Source of the DNA: Ginglymostoma cirratum
Lineage: Eukaryota
NCBI GenBank assembly: GCA_024137785.1
Contig: JAHRHZ010000002.1
Span: 4,359,329-4,423,328, forward strand
Length of the DNA stretch: 64,000 bases
Reading direction: 5' to 3'
Part shown: in pieces, positions 50,175-63,723 of the stretch
How positions within the stretch are numbered: the stretch's first letter is position 1
Layout: the number at the start of each line of letters is the position of its first letter
Notes under the pieces: generated by a model
Told to the model about the DNA's origin: nothing
The model's input: only the letters and a program-made list of their open reading frames with translations
Databases searched by the model: none
Program-made: the position numbers and the translations under genes

Positions 50175-50332
50175 AACAAGGTGTAGAGCTGGATGAACCC
50201 TTCTTCAGAAGGGTCTTGGCCCGAAACCTCAGCCTTCCTGCTGCTCTGATGCTGCTTGGCCTGTTGTGTTAATCCAGCTCTACACCTTGTTATCTCAGAG
50301 TCTCCAGCATCTGTAGTTCCTACTATCTCTGT
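50175..50332. mobile_element. Penelope terminal-repeat remnant with an internal inversion; a similar copy lies at about 51400-51562
   Basis: acaaggtgtagagctggat ... atccagctctacaccttgt inverted arms around agggtcttggcccgaaac. Confidence 0.75.
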
Positions 50333-51563
50333 GATAATTCAGGTTGACAGTCTTTCATCCTTTGATCAGAATCCTCTCCCCAGAAGTTCAGTCGGCTGGG
50401 GTAAAGATCATGGTGGAATCTCAGCAAATATTTCAGAAATCTCCCCCTTTTTGTTGCTTTTTCTGCTTTCCCCTTTCCTGAAGATGTTGCCACAGAAGGT
50501 GGAAGATTAAGATAAGATGGAGCAGGAGGCTCAGTCAGTCAAAATTGCAAACCCATAAGGGTTAAAATATGTCAGTTTTGAGTTTGCTCCTTTTGATCCA
50601 TGGTCAGTTACTTCACCAATTCTTCCTGATCTTTTCTTCCTCCATGAGGCAGGCATAAGGACACACATTACCTTTACCTCTTGATCTTGACAAATTCTAG
50701 ATGATGTGTATTTTTTTACTGCCATCATTGCTTCACTTTTTGAGCCTGTCACTAATGTCACACATGGTTTAAAATGATCAGATTGCCACTATCCCACCAG
50801 GCTCCCAAAGCATTTAATCATCCAGTAACTGGCTGAAAAATTACAAGGCCGGAGCTCCTCCACACTACCACCATCTCCGCTTCCCCCCCCCCCCCAAGCA
50901 TTGCCTGTATGAGAGGTGGGCTTGAAGCCTCAGAATGAATTAAATATTTAGTGGATGTATCACATTGACTGTCTTCATTGGAAGTGAGCAAAATTACATT
51001 AGATCAGCTTCATCTGATCAACTACCAGATTTGGGACAGCAAATAATTTGTAGAAATCTGCCACTGGAGGTGTGTGGAATGGATAATACCAAACCTGTAG
51101 CTGCTTTTACACATTATCACTTCCCTTTTCCATTTTCCAAATCATTAATAAATGATAATCCTCCTGTACAACATTCTGCATTGCCCTGGATTGCTGTATA
51201 TGGAGTCTAGATTGCTCCTTAAATCAATTCAAATACAGCCTGGCTATTACTGCGCCAGATGCTGAATTCAAATTCATGTACAATTTAAAGTTGAACTTCA
51301 GCCTATGAAACAGAATGCCTATACAATATCTCCCCCTGCAGGAGTAATTTTGCATTCTCTCAACAATCCAGTTGGAAATCTGAATAGAGTCCTGAACAAC
51401 ATGGTGGGAGCTGAAGGAACACAGCAGGACCCTTCTTCAGAAAGGATCCAGTCCCGAAATGTCAGCTTTCCTGCTCCTCATTTGCTGCCTGGCCTGCTGT
51501 GTTCCTCCAGCTCCACACGGTGTTATCTCTGACTCCAGCATCAGCAGTTCTCACTATCCCTGA

Positions 51564-52330
51564 ACAACATGAGTCATGGGATGTTGGCACCACTGACTGG
51601 TCAACATTTTATTGCCGTCCCAAGTTGCCCAGTTAGCTGCCTTCTTGAAACCGCTGCAGCCCATGTCTCATATATTGACCCACAATACTGGTAGGAAGAA
51701 AATTCCAGGATTTTGACCCAGCCACAATCAAGGAACAGCGATACATTTCCAAGTTAGGGTGCTGAGTGGCTTGGAAGGGAACTTGCAGGGGGTTGTGTTC
51801 CCATGTATCTGCTGCTCTTGTGCTTCTAGATGGAAGTGGTTGTGGGTTTGGCAGGATCTTTGGTGAATTTCTGTTGTATATCTTGTAGATAGTACACACT
51901 GCTGCTACTGAGCTTCGGTGGCGAAGGGAGTGGATGCTTGTGGATGTAGTGCCACAAACAGCTGCTTTGTCCTGGATGGTGTCAAGCTTCTTGAGTGTTG
52001 TTGGGGCTGCACTCAAATAGACAAGTGGGAGACAAGTAGGAGATAAGCCACTCAGAATCCTAACTTGGAAATGTATCACTGTTCCTTGACTGCGGCTGGG
52101 TCAAAATTCTGGAATTTTTTCCTAACAGTATTGTGGGTCAACATACGACACATGGACTGCAGCAGTTTCAAGAAGGCAGCTAACTGGGCAACTTGGGATG
52201 GCAATAAAATGCTGGCCAGTCAGTGATGCCAACATCCCATGATTCATGTTGTCATGATGATGAACAGGCTTTGGGGGAGTCAGGAGGTCACAGTATTCCT
52301 AGTCTCTGAGCTGCTCTTGTAGCCACTGTA
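51564..52330. mobile_element. LINE 3' fragment (10300-type family) with an inverted duplication
   Basis: Arms 51564-51772 and 52045-52252 are reverse complements. Confidence 0.8.
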
Positions 52331-52489
52331 TGTTCAGTGTTGATCTCACATTATTTCCCCAATTTTTCACCTGCTCCCATGTTACTCAATGCGTGGCAAG
52401 ATTCTGCCCAATGATTCATACAACCTGCACCTTAAGTAGTCAGGAGCAATCATCTTGACCATAACCAGATACTATTACAACAAAATCAC

Positions 52490-53045
52490 AAGACCATAAG
52501 TCATAGGAGCAGAAATTAGGCCATTCATCCCATTGAGTCTGCTCCACCATTCAATCATGGCTGATGAGTTTCTCAACCCCATTCTCCTGCTTTCTCCTCG
52601 TAACCCTTGATCCCCTTGATAATCAAGAACCTATCTATCTCAGTCTTAAATGTACTCAATGACCTGGCCTCCACAGCTTTCTGTGGCAGTGAATTCCATA
52701 GATACACCACTCTCTGGCTGAAGTAGTTTCCCCTTATCTCCGTTCAAAAAGGTCTTCCCTTTACTCTAAGGCTGTGCCCTCAGGTCCTGGACTCTCCTAC
52801 CAATGGAAACATCTTCCCAACATCCACTCTGTTCAAGCCATTCAGTACTCTATAAGTTTCAATTAGACTGCCCACCCCCCAATCCTTATAAACTCCATCG
52901 AGTATAGACCCAGAGTTCTCAAACGTTCCTCATATGTTAAGCTTTTCATTCCTGGGATCATTCTTGTGAACCTCCTTTGAACCTGCTCCAGGGCCAGTAC
53001 ATCCTTCCTGAGATATAGGGCCCAAAACTGCACACAACACTCTAA
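52490..53045 (-). mobile_element. CR1 3' portion
   Basis: CVQFWALYLRKDVLALEQVQRRFTRMIPG; CATAAG-type tail. Confidence 0.88.
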
Positions 53046-53535
53046 AATTATTAAACAACAAAACAAGAGTATGGCATGGCTGGATGTTACAGCCATTTTC
53101 ACCTCCAAATAAATTAACACAAAGAGTTATGAGGACAAAGGGGACATGGTGGAAAGCAGACCGTCCCTTCACAATTAGGCCATTTGAAGCTCCTAGAATG
53201 TACCAATCTCACCCAAGCCCGAATTTATTGTGGGCGTATCTATAGCACATGGACTGCAGCGGTTCAGGAAGGCAGCTCATCACCACCTTCTCAAGGGCAG
53301 CAAATGCTGGTCAACCAGCGATGCCCGAATCTCATGAATGAATGAGAAACAACTGAAGAGATTCCCTATGTCTCGAGCAACACTTCATACTTTCCAACCA
53401 AGTATTAAATAACAAGTTGAGATTCTTCCCAATGAATAGTGAAAGGTCTATATGGCTGTATTAGCATGCATTAAGGCCTTACTATTACCTAATCCACTTC
53501 ATTAATATACAGTTTCCCATTCACCCATCTGCCAG

Positions 53536-53908
53536 ATCATAGAATCATAGAATCTGCACAATGAGGAAACAGGCCATTTGGCCCAACAAACCCACACCGA
53601 CCCTCTAAAGAGCATCCCACCCATCCCCTCCCCACCGCTGCCCCTCCCCCCCCGCAACCCTACAGTTCCCATGGCCAACGCACCTGACCTACACATCCCT
53701 GAATATTACGCGCAATTTGGCATGGCCAATCCACCTAGCCTGCACATCTTTGGACTGTGGGAGGAAACCGGAGCACCCAGAGGAAACCCTCTCAGACACG
53801 GAGAGAATGTGCAAACTCCACACAGACAGTCACCCGAGGGTGGAATCAAACCCGGGTCCCTGACGCTGTGAGGTAGCAGTGTTAACCACTGAGCAACCGT
53901 GCTGCCCC
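53536..53908 (-). mobile_element. Full-length HE1-like tRNA-derived SINE
   Basis: GGGCAGCACGGTTGCTCAGTGGTTAAC (A box) ... GGGTTTGATTCC (B box), central conserved core, and (TTCTATGA)n tail. Confidence 0.88.
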
Positions 53909-55175
53909 TAAATAGAAACTAAATAGCTACAATTCCTGACATGAAAGTCACGGGGCCAGCCAGGTGATTTTGGCTCACAGGTTGCCCCTCTGGAACACCT
54001 CCAGGCACCAACATCCCAGGACACGCTCCATGGATAGTGAGTGCCATGTAGCCTCCATCCACCAGAATGTCCATGTCCCTGTTGGCAAAGCAGGGTACCC
54101 ATTTCCCTCTGTAGTACATGTCTGGGGCAATTGACAGGAACTGTATAGGGCTTTACTGGATGCACAGCTTGCCTTTAGAAATAGCAATTCCAGAAGATCC
54201 CATCAGTGAGTAGCTCTTCTGCCTGTGGTGAGTCGGAAAATATGATGAGTGGGGTGCCACAGGAATGTGCTTTATAGGTAATGAGATGAGTTTAGGAAGA
54301 ATAGTGTGAGAAAACTCTCTGGGTTTCACAAAGAAACCCCTCCATGAAACTTGACACTTTGAGCCTATTCCGGTAAAATTCAGCCTACTGTGTTGTGGTG
54401 AATAATACTGTGAGCGTAAGTAAGAACATGTGGACTTACTAGTGAGGAATAGGTAATTTGGCCCCTCAACTATGCTACACCATTAAATCATTTTATGGCT
54501 GAATTGTTTGCAACCTAACTCCACGTGCCTTTGGCCGTTACCTAAGAGAAAAGAAAATCTCATACAAGATTTCATCAACATGCAAGAGAACAATCTTATT
54601 TATATAAACAAATTTATACTTTAATACTTTGCAAAATGGATTATTAATTACTAACTAGCAAACTGAAACCAGACCTTCTTTAAATCCCAACATTCACACA
54701 GATCCATCCACAAGGCAGATAAAGCTTTGCATAAATATCAGGGGTGGGAAACATAGCCAAAAAGGTACAAATTCTGTGGATCAAGAGTCTACACTGTAAA
54801 TAGTTCATTCACTATTAAGAGATATTATCAAATTGACTGCTGAAGATTTCCAATTTAGTAGCTGATCAGTTGAATGCAGATTTTTTTTGAGGTAGAAATT
54901 TATCTTTTCAGAGGCTTTGAGTATTGGTTTTCATCCACTCACAGAGGGAGAAAGAAAGGGACCTGTTTTGGTTTGCATGCTTTTTGAATGTCTGAGTGCA
55001 ATTGGCCCTCAGGTCTGTGACCGTCTGAAATTTAAAGCAAATTCAAAAGCTGTTGATGGGCAGTTTTTTCACTCAAAACACTTAATGCCAGTATGTCTCA
55101 CAAAAATATCAAATCCAGCTTTTTCAAAAGTTACATGACCTTGTGTAACCAACAAGTGAACAATTTCTACAGTTC

Positions 55176-55355
55176 GGTGTAGAGCAGGATGAACACAGCA
55201 GGCCAAGCAGCATCATCAGAAATTTCTGAAGAAGGGTCTAAGTGCAAAACGTCAGCTTTCCTGCTCCTCTGATGCTGCTTGGCCTGCTGTGTTCATCCAG
55301 CTCCACATCTTGTTATCTCAGATTCTCCAGCATCTGCTGTTTCTATTATCTCTGA
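55176..55355. mobile_element. Inverted Penelope terminal-repeat insert
   Basis: 17-bp near-perfect TSD AACAATTTCTAC(A/C)GTTC (55159-55175 and 55356-55372); decayed CTGAAGA...AAAACGTC motif. Confidence 0.8.
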
Positions 55356-55639
55356 AACAATTTCTACCGTTCCACTTTTTCTTCCAGTTGTTAAAAAGTA
55401 AATAGCAAAGTACTAGTTTAAAAAATTAGTTAATTCTCTGCATAACAGTAGTGTCCAAACTTCCATTTTCCCTATTTATATTTCCAAAAAAACATAGTCT
55501 TTTTCTGTTGCTTTTCTCAAGGTGTGGTGGTGTTGAGTCTGCAAAAGGTTTACATTTATGCTTGAATAGGTCTTGTATCCCTTGGTCATTTTCACCAAAC
55601 TAGTTTCAATGTTTCCTGGTAGAAAAGCCAAGGAGCTCT

Positions 55640-55990
55640 ATGCATGTGCTTGTTATTTTAGACGTCGGAACTGATAATTCATTCTGGGCACAATGTAGTT
55701 CTTGGTTGCTGGAGGATGACAGATAGGCAGTGAGGTGGTGACTGAGAAGGCCACCTTGGTGGAATCTTTGAGAGCTTTGATGTTAATTTTCTTGCAGCAT
55801 TGCTTCTTCTGTCTCTCTCCTATTTGGGAATGATGGGAATGATTGATTAAATAAGGTAGCAATGGTCCAACAGTGATTCGAATTTGTCATTGTGCCAATG
55901 ATATGGACATCTCTGTGGTCCCTTGCCAGAAAGATGATGTAGACAAGCAAGTGCCAGTGTTTAAACTATGAATGTTGCCACAATATCTTA
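55640..55990 (-). mobile_element. RTE-clade LINE endonuclease remnant
   Basis: Minus-strand WQHS*FKHWHLLVYII resembles the RTE motif WxHPRSKHWHLIDYVI. Confidence 0.55.
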
Positions 55991-55994
55991 TGAT

Positions 55995-56770
55995 CTTGGG
56001 ATACAGGGCACAATTTCAGAATTTGCAGATGATATTAACTTGGAAACATTGTGAAATGTGAGGAGTATAGTGTAAAAGGACAGACTGGCTGATAGAATGA
56101 GTTGACAGTGGCAGATAAAGTTCAATGTGGAGAAATTTCTTTTTCAGAAGTGAATTGTGAGACAATATAAAATCAGGGGTACAGTTCTAAAGGAGGAGCA
56201 GAGGGACTTGGGTGTATGTGTCCATAAGTCATTGAAGATGCTAGGAAATGTTGAGGTGTGGTAATAAAGTATACAATATCCTGACCTTTAAAAATAGGGC
56301 AAAGATTACAAGAACAAGAAGGTAGGAAGGATGTTAGGGCATTCAAGGGAGTTCAGGATGGTTTATGAGGGTGATTCCAGTGTGGAGAATTTCAGTTTTG
56401 AAGATAGCTCGAAAAATTTGGGACTATTCACCTTGGAGGGGAGAAGAAGATTGAGGAGACCTGATAGATGTATTCAGTATCATGAGAGGTCTGCACAGAG
56501 TAAATAAAGAGAAACTGATCTCAGGATTCAGAACAAAATTGCACAGATTTAATGTAATTAGCAGGAGAAGTAAAAGTGACATGAGAGAAAACTTTTCATG
56601 CAGTGAGTGGTTCGGTTTGGAGTGCACTGTTTGAGAGTGCAGGCATGTTCAACTGAGACACTCAAAAGGGAGTTAGAGTGTTGTTTGAAAAGGAAAAATG
56701 TGCAGGCTTATGGACAGAAGGCAGGAAAATAGCACTGTGAAACTCTGAATTGGAAAAGCAGGGAGGACAT
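55995..56770 (+). mobile_element. Degenerate CR1 3' portion
   Basis: atttgcagatgat (FADD) and gagaagaagattgaggagacctgatag. Confidence 0.7.
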
Positions 56771-57325
56771 GATGAGCATTGCCCTCCTGATAAGGTCTGG
56801 AACGTGACTTTAAACCTTATTAAACCCAAGTAAAAGTTAGGTTCGCTTTTAAAATGTTATCGATTGCTACACTCCCATCTCTGTGCCACGTCTGTTCTTT
56901 GTAAGTTCTGGATATTTCCCCCACAAATTTGGCTTCTATATTCCTGGACTTCTCTTTACATAAAGGCTCTGTTTGTTGCAGCATAAAACTCAGCTGTTAT
57001 GCCTCTGACCTGCTGCTCAGTCGCTTAGATATTAAAGTATCTTTGATCAAATTACATTCCCCTGCATGTAGTGGAGTAGTATGTGAAACAGAGCTGAGTG
57101 AGGCTTCAACGACTGCCAGTCACTACAGCTATAGATTATTACAGATGGATTAAAAAGTTTTGTTTGAAATCCTGGGTACTATGAAATAAACTCTTCGTAA
57201 AGTAGCTGCAATCAGAGCAAACATGTTGGGGGTATGGCCAGTTTGATGATCAGGGACTGTTTGAACACATTCACTTTTAGGAACAGTAATCAATTTTGGA
57301 AAGTCAGACATCGATGATTATGGAT

Positions 57326-57515
57326 GACAAGCATGGGGCTGGATGAACACAGCACGTCAAGCAGCATCATAGGAGCAGGAAAGCTTGACGTTTCGGGCCT
57401 AGACCCTTCATCAGAAATGGGGGAGGGGAAGAGGGTTCTGAAATAACTAGGGAGAGAGGGGGAGGCGGATAGAGGATGGATAGAGGAGAGGATAGGTGGA
57501 GAGGAGGCAGACAAG
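57326..57515 (-). mobile_element. Solo Penelope terminal-repeat insert with an intact hammerhead-like core
   Basis: 15-bp TSD TCGATGATTATGGAT (57311-57325 and 57516-57530). Near-identical to 36523-36706. TTT-CTGATGA-A-GGGTC TA GGCCC-GAAA-CG-TC-AAG at 57417-57384. Confidence 0.88.
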
Positions 57516-57679
57516 TCGATGATTATGGATCCACTTATGTTTGTGCTGATCTTTGGCTGGATAATACTCCAGGGATAACTTTTCAGCTACCATGATCACC
57601 AGTCACAGGTCAACTTTAAAATTAATTGATACTTTTGTTTATAGTGGTGTTGTTGTGAGAAGAGTTCAGGTGAGGATAT

Positions 57680-60600
57680 CAGGGAATTCTTCAAGATGGC
57701 AGCAGGGTAGGACTCTCTAGCTGGAGCTCCTCTGCTTTGCCAGTTCCTTTTCCAATTTCTTTCTGTGCTTCTTCTCTTTTCTGCAGTTTTTCTTCCCTCC
57801 ATCCCCCCCAACTTTTAACTTCTTAAATTTACCCAGAGGGAATGGAGAATGGAGACGAGTCCAAGTCCAGCCCGGAGCGGTAGATGAGTCAGAGACCATG
57901 CCAGCATGGGAGGCAAGTCCCGGGCCGGAGCCCGGAGTGGGAGGCTGTTGGAGCTTACACCAGCCTGGGGGACGAGTCCTGGAGGCAAGTCCCGGGCTGC
58001 AGGCCAGCACATGGGGGCAGCAAGGCCTCAAGTTCTGAAGCCCAGTGGGCATGGACTCAGTGAATAGGACTGTAATTTGAGTACTTCTTACTCTTATTCT
58101 GGACCTGGAGTAACTGGTGTACTTTTAAAACTTTGGATTCCTGTGATAGACTTCTTTTAAACTCTTTCAATTCTGTAATAAACACTTAAAGTACCTTTAC
58201 CTAAGATGGTGTCAAAGCAGCGACATTACAAACGTTGTATCAGAGATAAAAGGTACTGCAGATGCTGGAGAATCTGAGATAACAAGCATGGGGCTGGATG
58301 AACACAGCAGGTCAAGCAGCATCACAGGAGCAGGAAAACTTGACGTTTCGGGCCTAAACCCNNNNNNNNNNNNNNNNNNNNNNNNNNNNNNNNNNNNNNN
58401 NNNNNNNNNNNNNNNNNNNNNNNNNNNNNNNNNNNNNNNNNNNNNNNNNNNNNNNNNNNNNNNNNNNNNNNNNNNNNNNNNNNNNNNNNNNNNNNNNNNN
58501 NNNNNNNNNNNNNNNNNNNNNNNNNNNNNNNNNNNNNNNNNNNNNNNNNNNNNNNNNNNNNNNNNNNNNNNNNNNNNNNNNNNNNNNNNNNNNNNNNNNN
58601 NNNNNNNNNNNNNNNNNNNNNNNNNNNNNNNNNNNNNNNNNNNNNNNNNNNNNNNNNNNNNNNNNNNNNNNNNNNNNNNNNNNNNNNNNNNNNNNNNNNN
58701 NNNNNNNNNNNNNNNNNNNNNNNNNNNNNNNNNNNNNNNNNNNNNNNNNNNNNNNNNNNNNCTTGACGTTTCGGGCCTAAAAAGGGTTTAGGCCCGAAAC
58801 GTCAAGTTTTCCTGCTCCTGTGATGCTGCTTGACCTGCTGTGTTCATCCAGCCCCATGCTTGTTATCTCACATTACAAACGTTGTAAGACCGTCTCCGGG
58901 TCTGCTTGGAATCAATGGACTGGACCATGTATGGAAACCCTAGATGAGTACGCCACCAATGTCCCTGACTTCATTAGCAAATGCATGGAGGACTGTGCAC
59001 CAAAGAAGTCAGTTCGCGTGTTCCCCATCCATAAACTTTGGGTGGACCAGGAAATCCTTTTCCTACTGAAGACCAGATGTGCAGCATTCAATTTGGATGA
59101 CCCAGACCAATACAAGAAATCCAGATATGACCTCTGCAAAGCCATCAGGGATGCCAAGAGGCAGTGCTGGCCCAAGTTAGATGCTCAAACATACCAAACG
59201 GACTCCTGCTGCCTATGGCAAGACCTAAACAATATAGCAGGACACAAAACGAGGCAGAATAAGATAGCGAACAAAGACACATCCCTCCCTGATGTGCTCC
59301 ATGCTTTCTATGGTCGGCTTAAGCAGAAAGCCATTGGCACTTGACAGCCCCGGGCACACTGTTCCTTCTGTCACCGCTTCAGACGTCAGATCAGTCTTCC
59401 TGGGAGTCAACGCAAAGAAAGCGAGGGCCCGGATGGTGTCCCTGGCCGAGCACTCTGACCCTGTGTGGACCGACTGGCGAAGACCACCATCGTCCCCCTA
59501 CCTGAGAAAGCACATGCAACGTGCCTTAACAGCTACTGCCCAGTGGCTCTGACCTCAATAATCATGAAGTGCTTTGAGAGGCTGGTCATGACCTACAGCA
59601 ACTCAGTCTCCCAGCCTGCCTCAATCTACTACAATTTGCCTATTGACACTATAGATCCTCAGTGGATGCCATATCCCTACACACATCCCTGGAAAATCTG
59701 GATAACAAAGACACCTACATCAGATTCCCACTTATTGACTACAGCTCTGCCTTCGACACCATTATCCCTCCCCACTGATCTCAAAACTCTGTGATCTTAG
59801 TCTCGGCTCTGCCCTCTGCAACTGGATCCTCAGCTTTGTGACCCACAGACCACAATCAGTGAGGGTAGGTAACTGCACCTCCTCCACATTAACACTCAAC
59901 ACTGGAGCCCCCCAAGGATGAATCCTCAGCCCCCTACTGCACTCCCTGTACACCCACAAGTGTGTTGCCAAATTCGGAATGAACGCCATCTACAAGTTCA
60001 TTGGTGACACCACTATAATGGCACAGATGTCTAACAATGATGAGTCAAAATAAAGAAGGGATAAAGATGCTTTGGTGATGTGGTGCAATAAAAACAATCT
60101 GTCTCGCAATGTCATCAAAATTAAAGGACTGATCCTTGACTTCAGAAAGAAAGGAGGAGAACACACCTCCATCTACATCAGCGGAACTCAGGTTGAGTGG
60201 GTGGAGAGCGTCAATTTCCTTGGAGTGATGATAACCGAAAATCTGTCCTGGACTTCCCATATAGATGCGACAGTCAAGAAGGCACAACAACGCCTCTTCT
60301 TCCTCAGACGGCTCAGGAAATTTGGCATGTCCATAAGGTCCCTCACCAACTTCTACAGATGCACCATTGAAAGCACACTGTCTGGGTGCATAACGGCCTG
60401 GTGTGGCAACTGCTCTGCCCAGGACCATAAGAAACTACAGAAGTTTGTGTGCACAGCCCAGACCATCACAGAAGCCAATCTCTTATCCATGGATTCCATT
60501 TACACGACTTATTGCTGTGGAAAGGCTGCCAACATCATCAAAGACCCATCGTACCCCAGTAATGCTCTCCTACAACCTCTTCCATCAGGCAGAAGATACA

Positions 60601-60870
60601 GAAGCCTGAACACTCGCACCAGCAGGTTCAGGAGCAGCTTCTTCCCTGCCGTTATTAGATTGATGAATGGATTCTCTAGCCTCAAATAATGCTGATCTTG
60701 CCATTGTTGATCTCGCCTAGCACACACCATATGCAATGTAACCTGTGTGCCTCTGTCTAAATCTTTTTGATCTGTACATCCTTTGCTTACTATGATCTGC
60801 CTGTACTGCTTGTAAACAAAGCTTTTCACTGTATTTCAGTACACATGACAATAAATCAAATCAATGAATC
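57680..60870 (+). mobile_element. Rex1/Babar-like LINE, degenerate
   Basis: CLNSYCPVALTSIIMKCFERLV, KKAQQRLFFLRRLRKFG, FYRCTIESTL, LPSGRRYRS; ends in an AATAAATCAAATCAA tail. 5' boundary approximate. Confidence 0.85.
58240..58869. mobile_element. Palindromic Penelope terminal-repeat insert spanning an assembly gap (N 58362-58761)
   Basis: 17-bp TSD ACATTACAAACGTTGTA (58223-58239 and 58870-58886); the arms are reverse complements. Confidence 0.85.
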
Positions 60871-61029
60871 AATTATAATCTAGATCAGACTGAAAGGGGA
60901 ATAGATATGGTGATGAGAGTTCACTCTTTACAATATCGAGAACACAGGGTAGAGATCACATTGGAGGATTGTAGCAATTCATAATTCCTGCCTGGTTGAA
61001 ATTACTCCTGAAAAAATGAAGCAATAAGG

Positions 61030-61415
61030 TCTTTTCTCTTTAGAACGATGAAGGATGAGAAGTGACTTGATAGAGGTGTACAAAATGATCAGAGGTATAG
61101 ATGGAATGGACAGCCAGAGGATTTTTCCTCGGGTGGAGGTAGCTATTATGAGGGGGCATAGTTTTAAAGTGAGTGGAGGTAGATACAGGGGAGATGTCAG
61201 AGGTAGGTTCTTTACTCAGAGAGTGGTAGGGGCAGGGAATGCATTGCCGGAGAGGGTAGTGGAGTCAACCTCATTAGAGGCATTTAAGCAGCTATTGGAT
61301 AGGCATGTGGATGATAGTATAATGTAGGGGTCGAGGTTCGACAGACCTTAGGTTTAGGGTAAAAGTTCAGCACAACATCGTGGGCTGAAGGGCCTGTAAT
61401 GTTCTATGTTCTATT
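61030..61415 (+). mobile_element. CR1 3' fragment
   Basis: MRSDLIEVYKMIRG...FFTQRVVGAGNALP. Confidence 0.88.
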
Positions 61416-62686
61416 AACAATTAACAAAGGCAACTTCCGTGCACCAACCTTAAAACCAGTTTTACCTGACCAGCTCGCAATTTGTATACTGTACTGGAAA
61501 GGGACTTTTTCAATAATCATAAGGAAGCGAAAGCTGGGAAATCCCAAAACAGTAATCTGCCCAACAATAACTTCTCCTCCATCTCCACTATTCACCAATG
61601 TGATATAGAGCAGAGAAGTGCCACTAATTGCTGACTAGAATTTATTTGCAACAGTCTAAATGAGTTTGATATTGTCACCATAGCTCACTTTTACTGCATT
61701 GGATTGGCAGGGAATGGCAGCACTAAGCTACACAATGGAATTTGCTGAATCACTGCCATAAATTCCATTCACCAAAATTTTGCCAGAGCTCTGGTGGAGA
61801 AGGAGAAATTCTGAATCAATTGAGCATCAATGTGATTTACAAGAGGAAGTAGGGCATTAGGCTGGAAGGCCACACTGAGGGGAACCTATAAGGAAAAGGA
61901 AATATGGCAAAAGGAAAGGTGGAAGAGTTAGATTTTCAGAGGTCTTTTGAAGCTGAAGGCAGGTGACTGTTAAAGAGGGCCATTCAGCCCATTATCCTCA
62001 TACTCCAACAGAGTGAGCATCCTCCTAGTGTGCTGTAATTTCTATGTCATTGACACTGTAGACAGCTTTTTGGTGTCTGGTATTAAAACCGAAGCAACTC
62101 AGTTGCTTCAGCAGAAGAACGGAGTTGCTGCCCATAAATTGATCTTCCTGATTTCTGAGCAAACTTTAATCCTTCCTATGATCTGTTCTCTAGCGTCCAC
62201 TCAGAACATTTCAGTATATTTAAATGTAATAAAAATGAGAGTCATTGGCCCTCTGACATTCCAGCTTTTACACTGGTGACACTTGACATAGTTAGTGCCA
62301 GGATCAGCACAGACAGGGGAACTGAGAGTTTCTGTGCTAAAGATTGTACAGAGTTTTAACAGTTATTGCTGCATTTGGAAACAATTTGCCAAAATTGAAT
62401 TCTTTTCACAATTCTGCTTCTGCATTGCTCAAGTAGCAATGGACATTCTCCCGTATATGAATAATTATGTTTGCATTTCACCTCTGACTGAGTTTTCCCT
62501 CTTGCAGCTAAAGCGTGGTGATGAGTTTCATGGTTACCAGTCCACCATGGCCTAGGGTGAATGTCTCTTGCAATCTTCTGTTTTTTACTTCATTAATTAT
62601 GCAACTAAGACATTAGACACTTTTCTTGGGGAATCTTGTGGCAAGAGAGGTGAAACAGTTCACCACTGGGAAGCCCTTCTGTTCTT

Positions 62687-63220
62687 ACATAGAAACATTG
62701 AAACATAGAAGATAGGAGCAGGAGGAGGCCATTTGGCCCTTCAACCCTGGTCTGCCATTCATCACAATCATGGCTGATTGTCCAACTCAATAGCTTAATC
62801 CTTCTTTCTCCCCATAACCTTTGATCCCATTCACCCCAAGTGCGATACCTAGCTGTCTCTTGAATATATTCAATATTTTGGCATCAACTACTTTCTCTAG
62901 TAATGAATTCCACAGACTCACCACTCTTTGGATGAAGAAATGTCTCCTCATCTCTGTCCTAAATGGTCTACCCTGAATCCTTGTACTGTGACCACTGATT
63001 CTAGATACATCCACGATCGGGAACATCCTCCCTGCATCTACCCTGTCCAGTCCTGTTAGAATTTTATAAGTCTCTATGAGACTCCCCCTCATTTGCCTGA
63101 ACTGCAGCGAAAACAATCTAACCTAGTCAATCTCTCCTCATATGTCAGTTCTGCCATTCCTAGAATCAGCCTGGTAAACCTTCGCTATGCTCCTGCAAGA
63201 GCAAGAGCATCCTTCCTCAG
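62687..63220 (-). mobile_element. CR1 3' fragment
   Basis: RGSLIETYKILTGLDRVDAG...FFIQRVVSLWNSL. Confidence 0.88.
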
Positions 63221-63723
63221 TGCTTCTAGTGCCACATTCAAATCACGTCAGATGCTACAAGCCAAGGATGGCTTCTCAATCTGTCATGCTCAACCATGAA
63301 AAGGTCTCAGAGCAAAACTAAGCTAGCTCCCTGCTTTCAGGTTAGGGGTCGGAATGTGCTGGTGGACAAATGGTGTTGACAGGACCGGTTGACTTCCAAA
63401 GGACGCCATGCCAATAGATCTAGCCATCCTGGACCCAAGTTGCAGCAAGGATCCCACCACAAAAATGATGACCAACACTTCCACAAGAATAGGTCTGAGG
63501 CACAATCAGCAGCGAGGAACAGAAGTGAGATGGTTTTCAGTAGGACAGGGAACAGACTGGTTGATGCAACATGACAATATAGGACTGCAATCAGTGGTGA
63601 AGGCAGGGGATGATCTTGGGATTGACAATGGGTGCCAAGGGCAAGGCACTCTTTTCCAACTTCTTCTGTTGGGATACAAAAGCTTGAAAACACATACCAA
63701 CACATACAATTCAGGAACAGTTT

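Noticed and set aside
53820-53908. tRNA gene
   Set aside because: The A/B boxes belong to the head of a SINE that continues into the SINE core and tail.
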